Of a stretch of 39,201 bases of DNA, positions 23,866-32,970 are shown one piece after another. The notes beneath the pieces are model-generated. The model was not told the DNA's origin. It worked only from the letters and a program-made list of their open reading frames with translations, and made no database searches. The number at the start of each line of letters is the position of its first letter. Position 1 is the first letter of the stretch. Position numbers and translations under genes: made by a program. This DNA is from Candidatus Fermentibacteraceae bacterium (lineage in GTDB: Bacteria; Fermentibacterota; Fermentibacteria; Fermentibacterales; JCC-6). Location: the NCBI GenBank assembly GCA_029932015.1, contig JAOZQW010000001.1, forward strand, positions 1-39,201. The letters run 5' to 3'.

Positions 23866-25743
23866 CTACTCTTCCCCCCCCATGCTGAGGAAACGCTCAG
23901 GATATGTGTCCAGGGCCTTCGACCACTCCTGGAGCTTGGCCACACGGGTGGCCTCGTCCTCAGGAAGCTCGAACGGCCGACGGCCACGTCCATCGAGTAT
24001 CAGGCCAACTACCCCCCCCTCAAGCTCACCAGCCCACATCTCACCTAAACCGGCTCCTGCATCGATGTGCTTGGCGGGGACTATCTCCGCCTGCACCTTC
24101 TCACCTACTCCCAGAGGGATGAGCTCTATACGGTCGATCTCGATGGGGTGCTCCTCCAGCGAACCATCTGACCTGGTCATCTTCAGAGTCGCCAGAACTT
24201 TCGCCTTCTTTGCCGGACCGGTCGGGGCAACACATGTCCCGAGCTTGATCAGACAGTCCTTGTCGAATACTTCGGTAGCAGCTTTGGGATGCACTTCGGA
24301 GAGTACTCCGAGCTGCGGCATCATGAATATCGAGTCCACCGCTAGCATTGTGATACCCTCAGGAAGGAAAGCATCGATCAGCATGTGTGCGGCCTGGCAT
24401 CTTCTTGGAGCATGCGACAGGACCCCTCCTGAGCCGATCAGAAGATTCAGTCCCATCATGTCCACCAGAGTACCGCCGGACTGAGTCTGCTCGAATGCAT
24501 CTCCGATGGTCCGCTCCTGAGCCACTCCCTTGAGACCTGTCGCCAGTTCCCTGTGCTGGATAAGCGCCAGTCTCAGCGCTTCTCTTGCTATTGCCTGCTC
24601 TATTATGAGCTCCTCCAGCAACTGCGGTATCGTGGTAGGCCGTATCATCTTGTTCCTGATACGGTTCCTCAGATCGGCTTCATCCATCATGAACGGGACC
24701 CAGCGCATGACATTGTCGAGCCCTGCGCTGGCAAGAACGTTTGAAACGCTGTAGCTCATACCGAGATTGGCTGAGACCGTCCTGTTGAAAACGGGAGCAC
24801 CTTCACTGGTGAAAACGCTGAACACGTCAGTGGTAGCCCCACCGATATCAACGCCCATCACTTCGATCTCCTCGTTCTTCGCCACGGACTCTATGAGTTT
24901 ACCAACAGCTCCGGGAGTGGGCATGATGGGAAGCTGTTTCCACTCACCTTCAACAAAATGACCGGCCCAACTCATCAATCTTGCGTAGCCCGGAGCCTGC
25001 GCCATCACGTGCTCCATGAACAGCTCGTGTATCTCATCTCTGGCCGGTCCGAGGTTCTCCCTCTCCAGCACAGGTCTGAGGTTGTCAACGACCTTGAGTT
25101 CCATGGAGTCAGACAGCTCACCTGCCACAGCATCCGTTGCATCCTTGTTGCCTGCATAGATGACCGGCAGCTTGTAGCCTACCCCGAACCGGGGCTTTGG
25201 ATCAGCGGCCCTGACCACCTCGGCCAGTTCAATAACATGGTCGATCGTTCCACCGTCGATGCCGCCGGAAAGAAGGATCATATCCGGCCTGAGCCTTCTG
25301 ATGTCGGCGACCTTCTCGTGGGGAAGCCTTCCATCGTTTGAGGCCACGACGTCCATTACAATAGCTCCTGCCCCGAGCGCGGCCCTCTGGGCGCTCTCTC
25401 CCGTCATGGACTTCACGACACCTGCAACGGTCATCTGAAGTCCTCCTCCGGCGGATGAGGTCGACATGTATATGTCAACGCCTTTGTCTCCGTCGGCCGA
25501 GACGTTCACGCCATCCTTGGCATCATTAAGCAGTTCAATACCTTCGAGATCCTCGATCTCTCCTACTGCGTTCAGCACACCCTTGGTTACATCCTCAGCC
25601 GGAGCCTCGACCGTGGTCGGGGCCTCTCCTCTGCGAATGAGACGGAACTCACCATCCCGCTTCTCGATGAGAATGGCCTTGGTGGTGGTGCTGCCGCAGT
25701 CAGTCGCCAGTATCCTGGTGATCTCCTTGCTGGCCACCGCCAT
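23866..25743 (-). CDS. GlmL/MutL-like ASKHA-superfamily ATPase (glutamate-mutase-accessory-like), 625 aa
   Basis: N-terminal ILATDCGSTTTKAILI (phosphate-1) and MGVDIGGATTDVFSV (phosphate-2) motifs typical of the GlmL/EutA-type ASKHA family. It is about 150 aa longer than classical GlmL. AAGGAGG SD. Confidence 0.7.
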   Translation of the reverse strand: MAVASKEITRILATDCGSTTTKAILIEKRDGEFRLIRRGEAPTTVEAPAEDVTKGVLNAVGEIEDLEGIELLNDAKDGVNVSADGDKGVDIYMSTSSAGGGLQMTVAGVVKSMTGESAQRAALGAGAIVMDVVASNDGRLPHEKVADIRRLRPDMILLSGGIDGGTIDHVIELAEVVRAADPKPRFGVGYKLPVIYAGNKDATDAVAGELSDSMELKVVDNLRPVLERENLGPARDEIHELFMEHVMAQAPGYARLMSWAGHFVEGEWKQLPIMPTPGAVGKLIESVAKNEEIEVMGVDIGGATTDVFSVFTSEGAPVFNRTVSANLGMSYSVSNVLASAGLDNVMRWVPFMMDEADLRNRIRNKMIRPTTIPQLLEELIIEQAIAREALRLALIQHRELATGLKGVAQERTIGDAFEQTQSGGTLVDMMGLNLLIGSGGVLSHAPRRCQAAHMLIDAFLPEGITMLAVDSIFMMPQLGVLSEVHPKAATEVFDKDCLIKLGTCVAPTGPAKKAKVLATLKMTRSDGSLEEHPIEIDRIELIPLGVGEKVQAEIVPAKHIDAGAGLGEMWAGELEGGVVGLILDGRGRRPFELPEDEATRVAKLQEWSKALDTYPERFLSMGGEE

Positions 25744-26167
25744 CTACCTCCTTCTTATTGACTGAGCCTCTGCCCCTGAAAAGGCGGCTCCACAGGGAAC
25801 CCCTCTCCTTCCGCAATGCCTTACGGGATGCCTTCTGCTCCCGTTTGAGTGTTGCGTCACGGGCATTTTCCTCTTCTATGGCCAGGGTGAGTTTTTCGAT
25901 GTTCTCCCTGTCCTCTATCATTCGTACAAATCTGTAGTACTCACCGGAGCTGACAACCAGTGAAACCACCGGATTGGCAAATATCAGAAGCTGGTTACCG
26001 AGAAATGATAACGGTTTTATCGATTCCAGGAAAATGATGGCAGGTACAGTAAGCTGTCTCTGCACAATGCCTTTAGCCAGCTTATCAATAAGCGATGTGA
26101 AGTCCTCTGTACCGTCGACATCGGTCAGGCTACTGATCCCCGGCGGTATGTGCCCTGATGTATCCAA
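25700..26167 (-). CDS. Small (about 155 aa) membrane-associated protein, unknown function
   Basis: Hydrophobic core LTVPAIIFLESIKPLSFLGNQLLIFANPVVSLVV and a basic C-terminal tail. No ATG is available after the upstream stop. I propose the TTG start at 26167 behind GAGAGGAAG. It overlaps the neighbouring genes by 38 and 44 nt. Confidence 0.5.
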   Translation of the reverse strand: MDTSGHIPPGISSLTDVDGTEDFTSLIDKLAKGIVQRQLTVPAIIFLESIKPLSFLGNQLLIFANPVVSLVVSSGEYYRFVRMIEDRENIEKLTLAIEEENARDATLKREQKASRKALRKERGSLWSRLFRGRGSVNKKEVDGGGQQGDHQDTGD

Positions 26168-26609
26168 GGACTTCCTCTCTGTTGCCGGAGAACTGCACTG
26201 ACAGCCCTCTGAACTTTGCCAGCCTTGTTGGCTGAGGGAATGGACTGAGAAGGACTCCGTACCTGTCAGGCACAATACTCCTGACCTGCTTCCATGTCTT
26301 GCGTTCAACGCCGAAGACTGATTTCTTGCTCACACCTTCAGCATCCATTCTGAACCGGCATGGCATGAAGTAGCTCCACATCGAGAGCAGAAGAAGCAGG
26401 ATCCCGATGAGCCCCCACCAGGCATTTTCACCGGTAAGGGCAGCTACCGTTCCGGCCAGCAATATCATGAAGACCAGAAGCAGTGTCGCAAGCGGTCTCT
26501 CTCTGGCCGGATGGGAAACCCACTCCAGGAGTTGAATTCCGGACCCTTCGGTCCCGCTAAGCTCTGCTGCTCTCTCCTCAGTCAGCTTACTCCTCCACCC
26601 TCGGTTCAA
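26130..26609 (-). CDS. Two-TM membrane protein with bacterial PH (bPH/YdbS-like) domain, tentative
   Basis: Two TM helices (LATLLLVFMILLAGTVAAL and WGLIGILLLLLSMWSYF), then a domain of about 80 aa (FRMDAEGVSKKSVFGVERKTWKQVRSIV...). The start is uncertain: TTG at 26609, with no ATG before the first TM helix. Confidence 0.5.
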   Translation of the reverse strand: MNRGWRSKLTEERAAELSGTEGSGIQLLEWVSHPARERPLATLLLVFMILLAGTVAALTGENAWWGLIGILLLLLSMWSYFMPCRFRMDAEGVSKKSVFGVERKTWKQVRSIVPDRYGVLLSPFPQPTRLAKFRGLSVQFSGNREEVLGYIRAHTAGDQ

Positions 26610-28035
26610 CTATGCAGAGTTCCTTGACCGCTGCCACCTCGTCGAGCCTGAGTACGGGTGTATTGACGGGCGCATCGGTCACAAGGTGCGGCTTCTCTTC
26701 AACCTCACGGGCTATTGATTCCATTGCTGCGATGAAGCTGTCCAGGTCCTCGATGCCCTCCGTCTCGGTAGGCTCGATCATCATCGCTTCATGGACGATG
26801 AGCGGAAAGTAGATCGTTGGCGCGTGGAAGCCGTAATCAAGGAGTCTCTTGGCAATATCAAGGGTTTTTACACCCTTCTCAAGCTGCCTGTCTCCCGAGA
26901 GTACGAATTCGTGCATACACGGACCGTCATCAAAGGGCAGTTCAAAGATCCCCTTCAGCTTCTCCTTGAGATAATTGGCGTTGATCAGAGCGTTCTCGGT
27001 GACTTCGCACAGGCCATCAGCACCGAGCGTCCTGATATAGGCATATGCCCTGTACAGAACTCCCACGTTCCCGTGGAACGCAAGCAGCCGTCCAAAGGAT
27101 CGATCAGGTTTTTGAAGGAAGTACCTGCCATCGGAGTCCTTCGAAACGATAGAGTCCGGCAGGTACCTCTCGAGGTCGGAGATGCAGGCGACCGGTCCGG
27201 AACCGGGACCTCCTCCTCCGTGCGGTGTACCGAATGTCTTGTGTAAATTCAGATGACAGACATCGAAGCCCATATCACCAGGTCTGGCTACTCCAAGAAG
27301 GGCATTCATATTGGCGCCGTCCATGTAGTTGAGACCTCCGGCCTCATGTACGATGGAGGTCAGCTCACCTATTTTTGACTCAAACAGGCCAAGGGTGTTC
27401 GGATTGGTCAGCATGAAAGCAGCAGTGTTGGGGCCGACCTTTCGCCTGAGATCCTCCGGGTCAACCTCTCCCCGGTCGTTTGAGCTGACACCGATAACCT
27501 TGCATCCGGCGAGCGTGGAGGTCGCTGGATTCGTACCATGTGCCGAATCCGGCATCAAAACCTCATTGCGATGTCCCTCTCCCCGGTCCCTGTGGTAGCT
27601 TGTTATGAGCATAAGGCCACAGAACTCGCCCTGCGCACCTGCCGCCGGCTGGAGCGTAATAGCTTCGAAGCCGGTTATCTCGCAGAGGTACCCGGAGAGC
27701 CTGTGCATGAGTTCCAGGGTTCCCTGTGCCATCGCATCGGGAGAGAGCGGATGAAGCCCGGCAAGCCCGGGCATCCTGGCTATATCCTCGTTCTGTCTGG
27801 GATTGTACTTCATCGTACATGAACCAAGAGGGTACATTCCCTTATCAACATGATAATTGGCATTGCTCAGCTCGATGAAGTGCCTCATCACCTGGCCCTC
27901 TGTAACTTCGGGAAGACCGATACTACCGGACTCCCTCTCCAGACCCTCGGGCAGCTCTGCGGACGGTGGTACATCCAGAGCAGGGAGCGAAACGCCCATT
28001 CTGCCACTGCTGCTCATGCTGAATACGGTCTTCAT
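26587..28035 (-). CDS. gcvPB: Glycine dehydrogenase (aminomethyl-transferring) subunit 2
   Basis: 482 aa with the PLP-lysine motif CHLNLHKTFGTPHGGGGPG. ATGA overlap with gcvPA. Confidence 0.95.
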   Translation of the reverse strand: MKTVFSMSSSGRMGVSLPALDVPPSAELPEGLERESGSIGLPEVTEGQVMRHFIELSNANYHVDKGMYPLGSCTMKYNPRQNEDIARMPGLAGLHPLSPDAMAQGTLELMHRLSGYLCEITGFEAITLQPAAGAQGEFCGLMLITSYHRDRGEGHRNEVLMPDSAHGTNPATSTLAGCKVIGVSSNDRGEVDPEDLRRKVGPNTAAFMLTNPNTLGLFESKIGELTSIVHEAGGLNYMDGANMNALLGVARPGDMGFDVCHLNLHKTFGTPHGGGGPGSGPVACISDLERYLPDSIVSKDSDGRYFLQKPDRSFGRLLAFHGNVGVLYRAYAYIRTLGADGLCEVTENALINANYLKEKLKGIFELPFDDGPCMHEFVLSGDRQLEKGVKTLDIAKRLLDYGFHAPTIYFPLIVHEAMMIEPTETEGIEDLDSFIAAMESIAREVEEKPHLVTDAPVNTPVLRLDEVAAVKELCIVEPRVEE

Positions 28036-29387
28036 CGGGACACCTCCACGTCGCAGATGGATGCGACCGCGTTAATGTAGGCGTCCATCTCCTCTTTTGT
28101 CCGCTTCTCTGTCGCAGTTATGAGCATAACGCCCTCTCCCAGCTCCTGAAGCGGGAGCCCTGCAAGAATGGACATTTCTGCGAGCTTCTGCAGGATTTCA
28201 ACTGAAGAGACGGGGAAGCGGAGAGTGAATTCCCTGAAGAACGGTGTGTTTCCGAACACAGGCTCGACACCTTCTATTCCAATCAGACCGGAATAGAGGT
28301 AATGACTCTTCTGGAAACACTGGGTGGATATCTCCCTGAAGCCCTGCTCACCCGTAAGAGAGAGATACACAGCATTGGCGAGAGCCATCAGTGCCTGGTT
28401 GGTGCAGATGTTGCTGGTCGCCTTCTCTCTTCTGATGTGCTGCTCCCTGGTCTGAAGTGTCAGGACATATCCCGTCTCACCGGCTCGGTCCACAGTACGC
28501 CCGATGATCCTTCCGGGCATCTTGCGGGCATACTTGAGTTTCGAGGACATGAATCCCGCAAAGGGGCCGCCATACGAGAGGGGAAGCCCCATGCTCTGAC
28601 CCTCGCCTACAACTATGTCCGCACCAGCATCTCCAGGTGAACGCAAGAGTGGAAGAGCAACAGGATCTGCTGCTGCTATCAGAAGCCCACCTGCTGAATG
28701 TATGAGTTCAGCCATTGGTTCAATATCCTGTATGAGGCCGAAATAATCTGGGTACTGGACGAGAAGTGCTGCTGCACCACCCTCGGTCAGAGAGGATGCT
28801 GCATCAAGGTCCAGAAGTCCGTTTTCCAGGAAAGGGATCTCGTTGATCTCGAACCCCTCACGATCGAGGTATGTCCTGATGACCCGAGCCCATCGCGGAT
28901 TCATAGAACCAGCAATAAGTATCCTGTTCTTCCTCGTAACACGGAGAGCCATCAGGCAGGCTTCAGCTGCGGCAGTCGCACCATCGTAGACCGAGGCGTT
29001 GGCCATCTCCATGCCTGTCAGGCGACTGATCATTGTCTGGTACTCGAATATCGCGTGGAGGGTTCCCTGACTGACTTCGGCCTGGTACGGGGTGTAGGCA
29101 GTGAAGAACTCGCTCCGGAGAAGAATGTGATCGATGGCTGAGGGTACGAAATGATCATAGGCTCCGCCGCCGAGGAAGCAGATATGGTCCGCGCCGGTAT
29201 CGCGGGAAGTAATGACTGCCATATCACGTTGCAGCTCAAGCTCGGAGAGCGCGGGAGGGAGAGATAGTTCACCCTTGAGCATGTACTCATCCGGTATAGG
29301 TTTCAGGAGATCCTCAAAGGAATCCACACCGATCTCGTCGAGCATTCGACGACGATGCTCTTCCCGGTTAGGGATGTACCTGCTCAT
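28032..29387 (-). CDS. gcvPA: Glycine dehydrogenase (aminomethyl-transferring) subunit 1
   Basis: 451 aa with TAYTPYQAEVSQGTLHAIFEYQTMI, the conserved P-protein alpha-subunit motif. Starts 2 nt after the gcvH stop. Confidence 0.95.
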   Translation of the reverse strand: MSRYIPNREEHRRRMLDEIGVDSFEDLLKPIPDEYMLKGELSLPPALSELELQRDMAVITSRDTGADHICFLGGGAYDHFVPSAIDHILLRSEFFTAYTPYQAEVSQGTLHAIFEYQTMISRLTGMEMANASVYDGATAAAEACLMALRVTRKNRILIAGSMNPRWARVIRTYLDREGFEINEIPFLENGLLDLDAASSLTEGGAAALLVQYPDYFGLIQDIEPMAELIHSAGGLLIAAADPVALPLLRSPGDAGADIVVGEGQSMGLPLSYGGPFAGFMSSKLKYARKMPGRIIGRTVDRAGETGYVLTLQTREQHIRREKATSNICTNQALMALANAVYLSLTGEQGFREISTQCFQKSHYLYSGLIGIEGVEPVFGNTPFFREFTLRFPVSSVEILQKLAEMSILAGLPLQELGEGVMLITATEKRTKEEMDAYINAVASICDVEVSR

Positions 29388-29389
29388 TC

Positions 29390-29773
29390 TTACTCACCGA
29401 TGAAGGTTGCGTACTCGGCAGCTGTCTTGAGCTTGTCAAAACCGGAGGAGTCATCGGTGGAGACGACTATCAGCCAGCCTTTACCGTAGGCATCCTCGTT
29501 GATAAGCGCAGGTTCATCCTCGAGAGTCTCGTTCACTCTGACTATTTTGCCGTCGAATGGAGCGTAGAAGTCCTCTGCGGTTTTTACAGCTTCTAAAGAT
29601 CCAAAGACGTCACCGGCCGCGAATTCCTCGAGAGCCGGGAATTCAACCATTACTATCTCACCCATCTGATCCTGGGCGTAGTCAGTGAGTCCCATCATGT
29701 ACTCTCCGCCGCCAAGGCTCTTCACCCATTCATGGGTCTCAGTGTAATGAAGCTCCTCAGGTATGCTCGCCAT
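29390..29773 (-). CDS. gcvH: Glycine cleavage system H protein
   Basis: YTETHEWVK...GSLEAVKTAEDFYAPFDG contains the lipoyl-lysine motif. Start moved to ATG 29773 behind GGGAGGAA. Confidence 0.9.
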   Translation of the reverse strand: MASIPEELHYTETHEWVKSLGGGEYMMGLTDYAQDQMGEIVMVEFPALEEFAAGDVFGSLEAVKTAEDFYAPFDGKIVRVNETLEDEPALINEDAYGKGWLIVVSTDDSSGFDKLKTAAEYATFIGE

Positions 29774-29839
29774 GCTGTTTCCTCCCATGTGATATCAGTG
29801 ACTGACAGTTGTGACACCCTGCAAGGGTGTCATGGTTTA

Positions 29840-30937
29840 TTACTTTCGGCTTCCATCCTTGTAGAAAGGCAGCTTGACCGTACTGACCGGCACTCGCCGA
29901 CCTCTGACCTCGGCCTCGAGATCAGTTCCCGATTTATGGAAACCTCTCTCCACAATTGCGAGACAGACACCATGACCGAGTGCAGGAGCCAGGGAACCGC
30001 TGGTGACAATACCAACCTTGCGGTCGCCATCGTACAGCTCGGCGCCGTGGCGCGGGAAGCCTTTACCTGTGACCTTGAGGCCGACGATGTACCTTGCCGG
30101 TTTATCCCTCTTCTGACGGCTCATGACCTCACGGCCTATGAAATCCTTATCAGTCTTCAGCTTGACGACCCAGCCGAGTTTTGCCTCTATTGGTGTCGTG
30201 GTGTGGTCGATATCGCTGCCATAGAGTACATAGCCGACCTCGAGCCGGAGCGTATCTCTTGCACCGAGACCAACCGGTTTTATACCGAATTCGTCTCCAG
30301 CTTCCATGACCGCTGCCCAGACATCCGGGGCATCTTCCGATTTTATGTAGATCTCGAAACCGTCCTCACCCGTATAGCCGGTTCTGGCTATCAGTGCTAT
30401 CTTGCCGGCAAATGTACCCATCACATGGGCGTAGTAGTCAATCTCATCCAGATCTGCATCTGTGAGCTTCGCAGCTACTTTCTGGGCATCGGGACCCTGT
30501 ATGGCCACCAGAGCGGTTTCATCGCTCTCATTGGTCAACTCGATGCTGTACCCTGCAGTATGGCTGTTCACCCACGCCCAGTCCTTCTCGATATTCGAGG
30601 CGTTGACAACCATGAGGTACTCATTCGTGCCGATGTGGTAGACGATCAGATCATCGACTATCCCGCCATCAGGATAACACATGGTGGAGTAGAAGGCTTT
30701 ACCGGGAGGAACGTCCGAGTCGTTCGTCAGAATGAAGTCCAGGAAGCGGCCGGCGTCGGGGCCCTTGACCCTGAATTCACCCATATGGGAGAGGTCGAAT
30801 ACACCGACATTATTCCGTACAGCATTGTGCTCCTCCTTTACGGAGGAGTACTTTATTGGCATTATGTAACCGGCAAAAGATTCCATCCTGCCGCCCAGAG
30901 CGACATGTATGTCGTGAAGCGAGGTCTTCTTGTCCAT
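29840..30937 (-). CDS. gcvT: Aminomethyltransferase (glycine cleavage T protein)
   Basis: 365 aa, MDKKTSLHDIHVALGGRMESFAGYIMPIKYSS...VGVFDLSHMGEFRVKG, a typical GcvT N-terminus. AGGAGAAGGG SD. Confidence 0.95.
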   Translation of the reverse strand: MDKKTSLHDIHVALGGRMESFAGYIMPIKYSSVKEEHNAVRNNVGVFDLSHMGEFRVKGPDAGRFLDFILTNDSDVPPGKAFYSTMCYPDGGIVDDLIVYHIGTNEYLMVVNASNIEKDWAWVNSHTAGYSIELTNESDETALVAIQGPDAQKVAAKLTDADLDEIDYYAHVMGTFAGKIALIARTGYTGEDGFEIYIKSEDAPDVWAAVMEAGDEFGIKPVGLGARDTLRLEVGYVLYGSDIDHTTTPIEAKLGWVVKLKTDKDFIGREVMSRQKRDKPARYIVGLKVTGKGFPRHGAELYDGDRKVGIVTSGSLAPALGHGVCLAIVERGFHKSGTDLEAEVRGRRVPVSTVKLPFYKDGSRK

Positions 30938-31141
30938 TGACCCTTCTCCTGTGTGCTGGTGATAACGGGGAAACTACGAGAATATACGACATGGAATTTA
31001 CCGGAATTGGAAAGAAAATGCAATGATGAGCGCTCCCGTTCCAGCGTATCTGAGACTGGAGGAAATGCAGCAGTGATATTAGGTAATCCGACCCACAGGC
31101 GTATCACCCGCAGGGCTCGCAAATCGCGTCTGGAAGGGGGA

Positions 31142-31651
31142 GTGGACATCCTCCGGGCGGAGGCGTGCGCCAGACACTGGTTTCTTGGGATGGGAGTGCC
31201 GTGCTGGAGCGATCCTTTTCCCCCCGGAGAGGCAGGCCGATACGGACTGCTGTTCCAGGGAGCAAGAAGGGCTCTCGTCCTCCCGGAGGAGGGTCCTGCC
31301 GCTGAGTTGTCTTTCGATGGGATAATGAAGGCGAAGTGCGATTACCTTGTCTCCGTAAGACTCGATGGAGAGAGAGAAGGAATCCCAACAGGTTTCCTGT
31401 ACTGGTTCGACCTCGATGCAGAGGAAGGGATTGATCGTAATATCAGAACCTCCACCCTCCTGCTTCGCAGGATGACGGACTTCCCTGAACTCATGAATGC
31501 ACCTCAGTGTTTCAGACGAGCTTTCCTCTATGGCTCTCTCATGCTGCTTCTCAGGGGTGAGCCTGCAGTGCCCGCTATTCTGACCCGTGATTATGTTCAG
31601 ACCACTATGAAGCCGATGACTCAAGATTATTCGAAAGGACATTCCGGATGA
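31142..31651 (+). CDS. Hypothetical protein (start uncertain: GTG 31142 or ATG 31190)
   Basis: The plus-strand ORF ends in an ATGA overlap with the next plus-strand gene, and its composition is more protein-like than the antisense 187-aa ORF. The N-terminal third of the track ORF (30953-31141) was discarded as the divergent promoter region. Confidence 0.45.
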   Translation: MDILRAEACARHWFLGMGVPCWSDPFPPGEAGRYGLLFQGARRALVLPEEGPAAELSFDGIMKAKCDYLVSVRLDGEREGIPTGFLYWFDLDAEEGIDRNIRTSTLLLRRMTDFPELMNAPQCFRRAFLYGSLMLLLRGEPAVPAILTRDYVQTTMKPMTQDYSKGHSG

Positions 31652-32250
31652 AATTCAAAGCAGCAGTTCCGATCCTCCTGGTCTTCGCACTGACTCTCAC
31701 AGGCTGTCTCGGGACTTTCCAGACGGCGAGGGTAGTTCCTCTCAGGATCGGAGCGCTCTATTACGGAGCAGCGGGCACTGATGCTGACAATTCACTCGCG
31801 ATGCCGGGATTGTTCATTGAAGGCGGATGGCCGGCAGGACCGGGCAGATTCGGTATTGGCCTCAACCTCAAGCTCCTGACGGATGTTGGAAGCGGCGACA
31901 ACAACTCTTTCCTCGGAGTATGGGGAGCAAAGCTGCAGCTGCCGGAGAATCCGCTGCTGGATATAGCCGTGGGCGTTGATGTCTGGGCGTACTACCCGGG
32001 TGAACTCAAGCTATTCCTCTCGCGAAGGATTGGAATACTGGAGCCCTACGCCTGCGTAGGAGCTGCCAACTTCCTCAGGGATGACGATGATGATGACATT
32101 GATTTCTTCGGAGACGGCATATTCACTTTCACTGGTGGAACCATGGTCAGGCTAGGCTCCGATTCCGGCTGGCTCATCGGCGCTGAGGTAGAGGGTGGAT
32201 CGGCATGGAATAGCACGGGATTCGGGTTTTCCCTGCTGAAGGAATTCTAA
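31648..32250 (+). CDS. Small outer-membrane lipoprotein / beta-barrel-like protein
   Basis: Lipobox LTLTGC, Gly/aromatic-rich alternating strands, a poly-Asp loop (DDDDDDID) and a C-terminal ...SLLKEF. Confidence 0.6.
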   Translation: MKFKAAVPILLVFALTLTGCLGTFQTARVVPLRIGALYYGAAGTDADNSLAMPGLFIEGGWPAGPGRFGIGLNLKLLTDVGSGDNNSFLGVWGAKLQLPENPLLDIAVGVDVWAYYPGELKLFLSRRIGILEPYACVGAANFLRDDDDDDIDFFGDGIFTFTGGTMVRLGSDSGWLIGAEVEGGSAWNSTGFGFSLLKEF

Positions 32251-32292
32251 TCCGAACCGGAAAGCTCTTGAAGAGTCTGAGGAGTCTGAGAT

Positions 32293-32970
32293 TTGCGCGC
32301 TGAGAGATATGTAGTTCCCGGAACCATCCAGGCGAAGTCCGATGAGTGGCTTGGCCACATCAGGGGCATAGTCAGACCCAGGTCCGATCTCATCCTCAAA
32401 CCTGAAAAATGCGCCCTTCTCATCATAGACATGGTGCGCTACTTCGCTCATCCTGGTGGCAGGGGATACCTGCCCGCTTCGGATGCGGTCACTCCCAGGA
32501 TCGCGGCGCTTCTACATCTATGGAGGTCTCTTGGAGGACTGGTGATCTTCACCAGGCACTGCCACATGAATGCTGATGATCTCGGCATGCTGGGGAAGTT
32601 CTACACCGATCATATCAACTGTGACGAGAGGGATTCACACCTGATAGGGGAGCTCTCTCCCTTAAAAGATGAGAGGGTTTTCAGAAAAGATACATATGAC
32701 TCCTTTTACGGCACAGGCCTGGAGGAGTATCTCAGGGCATCCGGGATCGAGCAGGTGCTTGTCACCGGTGTACTGACGCAGCTCTGTTGTGAGACGGCGG
32801 CAAGGAGCGCATTCGTTCGCGGATTCGAAGTCTACCTGGCGGCTGACGCAATGGCCACAACGACAGAGGAGCTCCATCTCGGAAGCCTTCTCGGACTGGC
32901 CAGCGGTTTCGCAGTGATCGGGGATACCGCTGAGATACTGGAGAAGAACAGTGGCCGTCAAGATATCTGA
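32293..32970 (+). CDS. Isochorismatase-family cysteine hydrolase
   Basis: Catalytic triad context: ALLIIDMV (Asp), FRKDTYDSF (Lys), VLVTGVLTQLCCETAARSA (Cys). TTG start behind GAGGAG, spacer 8 nt. Confidence 0.8.
   Translation: MRAERYVVPGTIQAKSDEWLGHIRGIVRPRSDLILKPEKCALLIIDMVRYFAHPGGRGYLPASDAVTPRIAALLHLWRSLGGLVIFTRHCHMNADDLGMLGKFYTDHINCDERDSHLIGELSPLKDERVFRKDTYDSFYGTGLEEYLRASGIEQVLVTGVLTQLCCETAARSAFVRGFEVYLAADAMATTTEELHLGSLLGLASGFAVIGDTAEILEKNSGRQDI

Noticed and set aside
29732-30940. 402-aa plus-strand ORF
   Set aside because: Antisense shadow of gcvT, whose identity is unambiguous.
30938-31300. Glycine riboswitch upstream of gcvT
   Set aside because: The minus strand has a CTCTCCGGGGGGAAAAGGAT segment resembling the CUCUCAGGCAAAAGGAC element, with a possible GAGAG partner (about 31215-31290). 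The GCCGAAGGAGCAA core and the P2 and P3b hairpins are not evident. The segment also lies inside the better-supported plus-strand ORF. cmsearch with RF00504 would settle it.
31079-31642. 187-aa minus-strand ORF
   Set aside because: It competes with the plus-strand ORF 31142-31651. The plus ORF ends in an ATGA coupling with the next gene and is more protein-like. The minus ORF is His/Ser/Arg/Cys-rich and has no SD.
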